Origin: Dehalococcoidales bacterium
Lineage (GTDB): Bacteria > Chloroflexota > Dehalococcoidia > Dehalococcoidales > RBG-16-60-22
DNA length: 24,000 nt
Assembly (NCBI GenBank): GCA_034430575.1
Contig: DAOUDZ010000030.1
Location: 11,325-35,324 of the forward strand
Direction of reading: 5' to 3'
Part shown: piece by piece, positions 15,811-24,000 of the stretch
Position numbering within the stretch: the stretch's first letter is position 1
How the letters are laid out: every line of letters begins with the position of its first letter
The notes under the pieces: generated by a model
The model's input: the letters and a program-made list of their open reading frames with translations, nothing else
Database searches by the model: none
What the model was told of the DNA's origin: nothing
Translations under genes and position numbers: made by a program

Positions 15811-16601
15811 TCAGAGCCCTTTAAATTCCCCCCACACTATCTCCCCCATATCGAACACCGGGCCGTCCTTGCAGACCTGTTTCAGTCCGCTTTTCGTTTT
15901 AATGGTGCATCCGTAGCAGACGCCCATCCCGCACCCCATCATTATCTCCAGCGAGACCTGCACCGGTATCTTATAATTATTGTAGCTTGCCGCCATGGTA
16001 CGGTACATTTCCAACGGCCCGCAGGCGAAAATCTGGTCGACTCTCTCAAGGTAGGCGGGAATGAGGTCGGTGGCCGGCCCCTTAAAGCCCTCCGACCCGT
16101 CATCGGTGGCAGTGACGACATTCATGCTGGCGGGCAGCACGCCTTTATCGAAAAGTCCTTGGAGAGGGGATATCGGCAGGAGACAATCGGCGGAACGCGC
16201 CCCCGCGATTATCGTTACCTTTTTCCCTTCTCCGGCGGCGGTATCGGCCAGGAAGACCAGCGGTGCGATGCCCATGCCCCCGGCTACGAGCAGGAGATTA
16301 TTAGCATCGGGGTCAATGCGGAAACCGTTGCCCAGCGGCCCGAAGATATCCAGGCTGTCGCCCTTTTGCCGCTGTGAAAGCCAGCGCGTGCCTTTGCCGG
16401 CCGTGCTGAACAGCAGGGCTAGCCGGCCGCCGTCCACCCTGTGGACGCTTAAAGGACGCGGCAGCGTGGTATCTCCGCCGCAGCCCACCATGACGAACTG
16501 CCCCGGTAAGGCGGCGGTAGCTATCTGCGGGGCGTCCAGCCAGGAGAGATAAGTCCCCGGCGTAACTTCGACGGCGGAAATTATTTTCGCTTTAATCTGT
16601 T

Positions 16602-16605
<4 letters not shown>
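15811..16605 (-). CDS. pyrK: Dihydroorotate dehydrogenase electron-transfer subunit (FAD/[2Fe-2S])
   Basis: Track ORF 15811-16713. The start is moved to the ATG at 16605, giving [17 protein letters not shown]... It overlaps the carB stop in an ATGA junction. Motifs: [19 protein letters not shown], and the C-terminal cluster CGMGVCYGC...VCKDGPVF. Confidence 0.85.
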
Positions 16606-19839
<3,234 letters not shown>

Positions 19840-19856
<17 letters not shown>

Positions 19857-20619
19857 AGTCTTCCTTTTTAATTTCTTTTTTTACACACCATTCATTTATC
19901 CAACACGGTTCACATAGTTTTTTATCATACATGCAGAAGTTGTGACCTACAAACCAGAGATTATCTAGGGTTATAGGAGGTAGATTTTCTCCCATTATTG
20001 CTTCTTTTAATTCCTTTTGAAGTTGATTATATTCTTTATTTATCTCATGGTTTTTATCATAGTAAGAGAAATTTGGTCGTTTGAGTACGTCCCTTTCATT
20101 TTTTTTATCTTTTCCCCATGAAAATAGTTTGTTATACTTCTTAGTACCTACTGCTAGATGTGGATACCATAACAACTCTAATACCCACCGGTCTAAAGGA
20201 ACGTGTAGATACTCTTTCCATAATGGGAAATCCAAGCCGTCTATTTTAAATTCTTTGGAAAAATTAACTAAATGTTTTATATAGAGATTGGCTATTTTCT
20301 GATTAATCTGTGGAATTGTACATAACCAATCTAAGAATGATTTATGTTGTTCTTCAGGGCTTTTCCCCCGATACATGCAAATTCTATCTTTTATATCTTT
20401 GTTAAATATATCGTAGGCTGCTTCACTGTTAGCTTTACTTGCTCCTGCCCTTGCTTTGGTCTCTGCATAGAATATCCTTTTCATCTTATCAATTGAAGAC
20501 GCGTTCTTTACTCGATGGGATATTTGAGAGCGATAGTACGTCATTATGTCCTCATCGTGGTTATATAGTTCTTGTGCTACTTCTCTGAGTTTAGTGACAT
20601 CTTTTATGTAAGTTGTCAT
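19840..20619 (-). CDS. Orphan HhH-GPD/endonuclease III-like protein with C-terminal [4Fe-4S] cluster-loop motif (putative DNA glycosylase), 259 aa
   Basis: A 780-nt ORF in ~33% GC DNA, where random stops are frequent. AAAGGAGGG lies 8 nt upstream of the ATG. C-terminus: [25 protein letters not shown], i.e. C229-X6-C236-X2-C239-X5-C245 (DNA 19885-19935). Compare E. coli Nth [47 protein letters not shown] resembles the Nth HhH LEALPGVGRKTANVVLNTA, with the Lys retained. [11 protein letters not shown] resembles the catalytic-Asp segment AVDTHIFRV. The last 17 nt overlap the carB start. Confidence 0.6.
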
Positions 20620-20683
20620 TTTGCTACCCTCCTTTATTCATCCATCTTCTTTTCCTCACCCCCTTTGTTTAAATCCCTCTCGG

Positions 20684-20704
20684 TCTCCCTTTATTAAAGG
20701 GAGA
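20684..20704. repeat. Palindrome related to the 38-bp repeat core, spanning the DUF559 stop codon
   Basis: TCTCCCTTTA-t-TAAAGGGAGA is a 10-bp-arm palindrome. It has the same TC(C/T)CCCTTT...AAAGGG(G/A)GA design as the hairpin in the 38-bp repeats. Confidence 0.6.
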
Positions 20705-21122
20705 AGCTATTATGTATCCCTCTTCGTTTCCAAGTTTCCCCCTTTGAAAAAGGGGGACTAAGGGGGATTTTTCCAGAGATTTCTCCTTCGATTTTCTCCA
20801 AAACCCCCTTCATATTCTTTAACACATCGCTATTGGTGAACCTCAATACTCTCAAACCAAGGCTGCTCAAGTAATCATCCCTTATCCTGTCATATTCCAT
20901 CTTCTCACCAACGAGGTGGTGACTGCCGTCGATTTCAATAGCCAGCTTTGCCTTCGGGCAATAAAAATCCACGATGTAATCCCCAATGGGTTTCTGTCGA
21001 TAGAAAATCAATCCTTTAACTTGTTTCATCCTTATCTTCCACCAGAGACGCTTTTCGGCATCTGTCATATTATCTCTGAGTTGCTGCGCAAATTGTTTCA
21101 GGTTTTCATTGTAAGGTAGCAT
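20694..21122 (-). CDS. DUF559 endonuclease-domain protein (Vsr-like PD-(D/E)xK fold), 142 aa
   Basis: QLRDNMTDAEKRLWWKIRMKQVKGLIFYRQKPIGDYIVDFYCPKAKLAIEIDGSHH...YDRIRDDYLSSLGLRVLRFTNSDV matches the DUF559 consensus (T.aE..LW..LR......FRRQ...G.YIvDF.c....l.iE.DG..H....D..R...L...G..VlRf.n.dv). The last ~25 aa (IPLSPPFSKGE...) are encoded by the flanking repeat. Confidence 0.85.
   Translation of the reverse strand: MLPYNENLKQFAQQLRDNMTDAEKRLWWKIRMKQVKGLIFYRQKPIGDYIVDFYCPKAKLAIEIDGSHHLVGEKMEYDRIRDDYLSSLGLRVLRFTNSDVLKNMKGVLEKIEGEISGKIPLSPPFSKGETWKRRGIHNSFSL
20733..20770. repeat. 38-bp direct repeat, copy 1 (hairpin-containing), inside the 3' end of the DUF559 ORF
   Basis: AGTTTCCCCCTTTGAAAAAGGGGGACTAAGGGGGATTT is identical to 21147-21184. 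It contains the hairpin CCCCCTTT-gaa-AAAGGGGG. Confidence 0.9.
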
Positions 21123-21146
21123 TATTGCCCCTATAACCCCTTTTTC

Positions 21147-21184
21147 AGTTTCCCCCTTTGAAAAAGGGGGACTAAGGGGGATTT
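21147..21184. repeat. 38-bp direct repeat, copy 2, between the DUF559 start and the carA stop
   Basis: A perfect 38/38 match to 20733-20770, 414 bp away. Its last 2 nt overlap the carA stop codon (21183-21185). Confidence 0.9.
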
Positions 21185-22271
21185 ACTTCTCCATACTCTC
21201 CACGAACTTCCTGAACAGGTACACGTTGTCCAGCGGCCCCGGCGACGCCTCGGAGTGGTACTGGATGGAAAAGACCGGCAGCTCTTTGTGGCGCAGGCCT
21301 TCCACGGTATTATCGTTCAGGTTGATATGCGTCACCTCGAGCTCTTTCCCTATCGTATCGGGGTCGACGGCGTAGCCGTGGTTCTGGGCGGTGATGTGAA
21401 TGCTGCCCGTGGATAAGTCCCGCACCGGGTGGTTGCCGCCGCGGTGGCCGAACTTGAGCTTGAAGCACTTGCCCCCGTAAGCGCGGGCGATGAGCTGGTT
21501 GCCCAGGCAGATGCCCATGACCGGCTTCCTGCCAATGAGTTTTCTCACCTCCGCCACGATGTAATCAAGCAGGGCGGGGTCGCCCGGCCCCGGCGACAGG
21601 AGAATGCCATCGGGTTCTAGTTGTAAAATATCCTCCGCAGAAGTTGTGCAGGGGACGACGGTAGCGCGGCAGCCGTGCTTTGCCAGCAGGCGTAAAATGT
21701 TGTATTTCAGCCCGCAGTCCAGCGCGACCACGTGGTACATGGCTTTAGCGCCGTTTTTCCACTCGTAAGACTTTTCCGTGGTAACCTCGCGAACGAAGTC
21801 GATTTCCCCGTAGTCGGGCGCGTTTTTGATTGCCTCTAAAGCCTCGGCGGGCGTTTTCGACGTTGTAATCATGCCCATCATGACCCCCGCCGAGCGCAGT
21901 CGACGGGTGATGGCGCGGGTATCCACGCCCCATATTCCGGGGATGCCGCTCTCCGCCAGGTAGGCGTGGATGGCCTTGTTGTTAAGGTAGTGGCTGGGCC
22001 GGTCGCACTCCTCCCTGACGACGAATCCCTTGACCTGTATCCGCCTCGACTCATCGTCCTCGTCGTTGGTGCCGTAGTTGCCGATGAGGGGGTAGGTGGG
22101 GATTAAAATCTGGCCGGCATAGGAGGGGTCGGTAAGCATTTCCTGGTAGCCGGCCATGCTGGTATTAAAGACCGCCTCCCCGACCGTATCCGTCTCCGCC
22201 CCGAAGGCGTAGCCTTCGTACACCGAGCTGTCCGCCAGCACCAGTATCGCCGCTTTAGCCACTTTCTTCAC
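21183..22271 (-). CDS. carA: Carbamoyl-phosphate synthase small (glutaminase) subunit
   Basis: 362 aa. N-terminal LVLADSSVYEGYAFGA. The GATase triad region has GICLGNQL, FGHRGGNHPV and the IQYHSEASPGP motif. GTG start at 22271 (alternative GTG at 22262). Confidence 0.93.
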   Translation of the reverse strand: MKKVAKAAILVLADSSVYEGYAFGAETDTVGEAVFNTSMAGYQEMLTDPSYAGQILIPTYPLIGNYGTNDEDDESRRIQVKGFVVREECDRPSHYLNNKAIHAYLAESGIPGIWGVDTRAITRRLRSAGVMMGMITTSKTPAEALEAIKNAPDYGEIDFVREVTTEKSYEWKNGAKAMYHVVALDCGLKYNILRLLAKHGCRATVVPCTTSAEDILQLEPDGILLSPGPGDPALLDYIVAEVRKLIGRKPVMGICLGNQLIARAYGGKCFKLKFGHRGGNHPVRDLSTGSIHITAQNHGYAVDPDTIGKELEVTHINLNDNTVEGLRHKELPVFSIQYHSEASPGPLDNVYLFRKFVESMEK

Positions 22272-23574
22272 TCGTTTCTATTTTCAAAGATTCGTCCATG
22301 TAGACCGGATTGCCCGTGTAAATCGTCGCCATCACCTTGCCCTTGAGCGTCTGGCCGTCCAGCGGGGTGTTTTTCCCCCTGGAGACGAACGTGCTGGTAT
22401 CGACCACCCACTCTTTATGAAGGTCGAAGATGGTGATATCCGCCGGCGCACCATTTTGAAGCGTGCCCAGCTTTTCGTAGCCCAGAATGCGCGCCGGGCC
22501 GACGGTCAGCGCGGCGATGAGGGTGTTCAGGCTCAGCTCGCTGTTTAAAATCAGCCCGACCAGGCTGCCCAGCGCCGTCTCGAAGCCGCTGATGCCGAAA
22601 GCCGCCTGTGTGAACTCGCAGTTCTTATCGGCCTCGGTGTGAGGGGCGTGGTCCGTAGCCACGATATCGATAACGCTGTCGTTCAACGCCCGCAGCAGGG
22701 CCAGCGTGTCCCGCTTCGTCCGCAGGGGAGGGTTCACCTTGGCGTAAGTTTTATATTTCAATACCGCTTCCTCGGTGAGGGTGAGGTGGTGGGGGGTAAC
22801 CTCCGCAGTTACGTGTACGCCCTCTTCCTTGGCGGCGCGGATAAGCTCCACCGAGCCTTCCGTGCTGACGTGGGCGATGTGTATGTGACCGCCGGTCTCG
22901 CGGGCAAGGTCGAGGTCGCGCTGGACGATTAACTCCTCGGCGGTAGCCGGTATGCCGCGCAGTCCCAGTTCCAGAGAGACGACGCCCTCGTTTATCTGGC
23001 CGCCCTGGGTCAGAAAGAGATTCTCGCAGTGGTCGATTATCGGCCGGTTAAAGTCGCGACTGTACTCAAGTGCCCGGCGCATGGCTTCGTTGCTGACCAC
23101 CGGCGAGCCGTCGTCGCTGTAGGCAATCACCCCGGCCATTTCCAGCTCGCTCATATCTACCAGTTCCTCGCCTTTGCGGCCGACGGTAACACAGCCAATC
23201 GGCAGCACGCGGATAGGGCTTTCGTTGGTCGCTACCGTTTTCACGTAGCTTATCATCGATTCGTTGTCCAGGGGAGGGTTGGTATTGGGCATGCAGCAGA
23301 CGGTGGTAAATCCGCCCCGCGCCGCCGCCCGCGTCCCCGTGGCGATGGTCTCCTTTTCCTCGTCGCCCGGCTGCCGCAGGTGGCAATGAAAGTCGATAAA
23401 ACCGGGGCAGACAATCAGGCCTTCGGCGTTAAGTACGGCATAATCCACATCGGGCGGTATGCCCTCTCCGAGCCAGGCGATTTTTCCCTCTTTGATGAGC
23501 AGGTTGCCGGTCTTATCGATGTCCTGGCCGGGGTCGATGATGCGGCCGCCCCGTATCAGTAAAGCGTTTGCCAT
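22255..23574 (-). CDS. pyrC: Dihydroorotase
   Basis: Track ORF 22255-23652. The start is moved to the ATG at 23574 (MANALLIRGGRIIDP...), with GGGAGGA upstream and 4 nt after the preceding stop. Motifs: PGFIDFHCHLRQPG, GGFTTV, HIAHVST, ATDHAPH. Confidence 0.9.
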   Translation of the reverse strand: MANALLIRGGRIIDPGQDIDKTGNLLIKEGKIAWLGEGIPPDVDYAVLNAEGLIVCPGFIDFHCHLRQPGDEEKETIATGTRAAARGGFTTVCCMPNTNPPLDNESMISYVKTVATNESPIRVLPIGCVTVGRKGEELVDMSELEMAGVIAYSDDGSPVVSNEAMRRALEYSRDFNRPIIDHCENLFLTQGGQINEGVVSLELGLRGIPATAEELIVQRDLDLARETGGHIHIAHVSTEGSVELIRAAKEEGVHVTAEVTPHHLTLTEEAVLKYKTYAKVNPPLRTKRDTLALLRALNDSVIDIVATDHAPHTEADKNCEFTQAAFGISGFETALGSLVGLILNSELSLNTLIAALTVGPARILGYEKLGTLQNGAPADITIFDLHKEWVVDTSTFVSRGKNTPLDGQTLKGKVMATIYTGNPVYMDESLKIETSEESG

Positions 23575-23578
23575 TTCT

Positions 23579-24000
23579 CTAGTAATTTCCTCCCGTGAAG
23601 TGACTGGGCTTGTAGCCGTGGGCCTGCGCTTCCTCCGCCGTGTTGAATACAATCAGGTTCTCCGGTCGGATGGTCCTGGCCCAGTGGCTGTCCGCGTCGT
23701 GGTATTTCTTGGTGTCCAGCTTGCCTTCATGCCATTCGGTGCTGGCCACGAATTTCGGCTCGAAGCCGTGTTCGCAATAGACGCACCGCAGTGTCAGGGG
23801 CTGTATTTTCACTATCCTGAACTCGGGCTTGATATACTTCGTTTCGGTAGCCTGAATAGACACGCATTTAGGATTGGGGCACGCGGGGCTTATGTCATGG
23901 CGGTAGACGGGGTAGTCCGCCGTAGGAGGCGAATCCGCCTCCGGGATATCGATATCCCCGGCGCCCAGCAGGAGTGAGATAAGAGCCATCCTGACCGGTA
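23579..24000 (-). CDS. pyrB: 3' part of an aspartate carbamoyltransferase gene: PyrB C-terminus fused to a PyrI-type zinc domain plus an extra ~55-aa tail; ORF is open to the window edge
   Basis: The frame stays open upstream of the track's ATG (23989), reading ...PVRMALISLLLGAG, which resembles the PyrB C-terminal helix. CPNPKCVSIQATETKYIKPEFRIVKIQPLTLRCVYCEHGF matches the PyrI Zn domain (E. coli [37 protein letters not shown]). No PyrI allosteric domain is visible between them. Confidence 0.6.
   Translation of the reverse strand, partial: PVRMALISLLLGAGDIDIPEADSPPTADYPVYRHDISPACPNPKCVSIQATETKYIKPEFRIVKIQPLTLRCVYCEHGFEPKFVASTEWHEGKLDTKKYHDADSHWARTIRPENLIVFNTAEEAQAHGYKPSHFTGGNY

Larger units (their letters stand above)
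19857..21182 (-). other. Low-GC inserted island between carA and carB (two genes plus hairpin repeats)
   Basis: Hand counts of 60-nt lines: 17/60 and 23/60 G+C at 19861-19980, against 43/60 at 19741-19800 inside carB. The island fills exactly the gap between the carA stop (21183-21185) and the carB ATG (19856-19854). No integrase or transposase is present. Confidence 0.7.

Noticed and set aside
15670-16377. 235-aa plus-strand ORF
   Set aside because: It is antisense to pyrK and to the membrane-protein promoter region. It is a shadow ORF with no SD.
19857-21182. Island as an IS element, transposon, integron cassette or prophage remnant
   Set aside because: I recognise no transposase, integrase, terminal inverted repeats or attC-like site. 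The 38-bp sequences are direct repeats flanking only the DUF559 gene. It is kept as an island of unknown mobility rather than called a mobile element.
23029-23977. Plus-strand ORFs 23029-23562 and 23459-23977, and minus-strand ORF 23066-23386
   Set aside because: They are antisense or out of frame relative to pyrC and the PyrB/PyrI-Zn gene, both of which carry clear family motifs.

Overview
High-GC (about 60% by eye) bacterial chromosomal segment. Gene content suggests an anaerobe, possibly Chloroflexota/Dehalococcoidia-like (inference only). Most of it is housekeeping. A minus-strand pyrimidine operon runs 24000->15811: pyrB 3' end fused to a PyrI-type zinc domain, then pyrC, carA, carB, pyrK. 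Also present are hisS, relA/spoT, rpsT, moeA, a flavodoxin, an FMN-reductase-like flavoprotein and a 4-oxalocrotonate tautomerase. Two paralogous ~1,060-aa secreted BNR/Asp-box proteins (1445-4612, 6202-9390) carry FN3-like modules, a proline-rich stalk and a C-terminal membrane anchor, and are S-layer/envelope candidates. The main anomaly is a ~1.3-kb low-GC island (19857-21182) inserted exactly between carA and carB. It encodes an orphan 259-aa protein with an endonuclease III-type C-X6-C-X2-C-X5-C cluster and a degenerate HhH motif, plus a DUF559 (Vsr-fold) endonuclease. The DUF559 gene is bracketed by a perfect 38-bp hairpin-containing direct repeat. Two tandem desulforedoxin-like mini-genes (39 and 47 aa) fall below the ORF-track cut-off. 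Several near-consensus sigma70-type promoters and two hairpin terminators are visible. No tRNA, rRNA, CRISPR array, transposase or integrase was seen.
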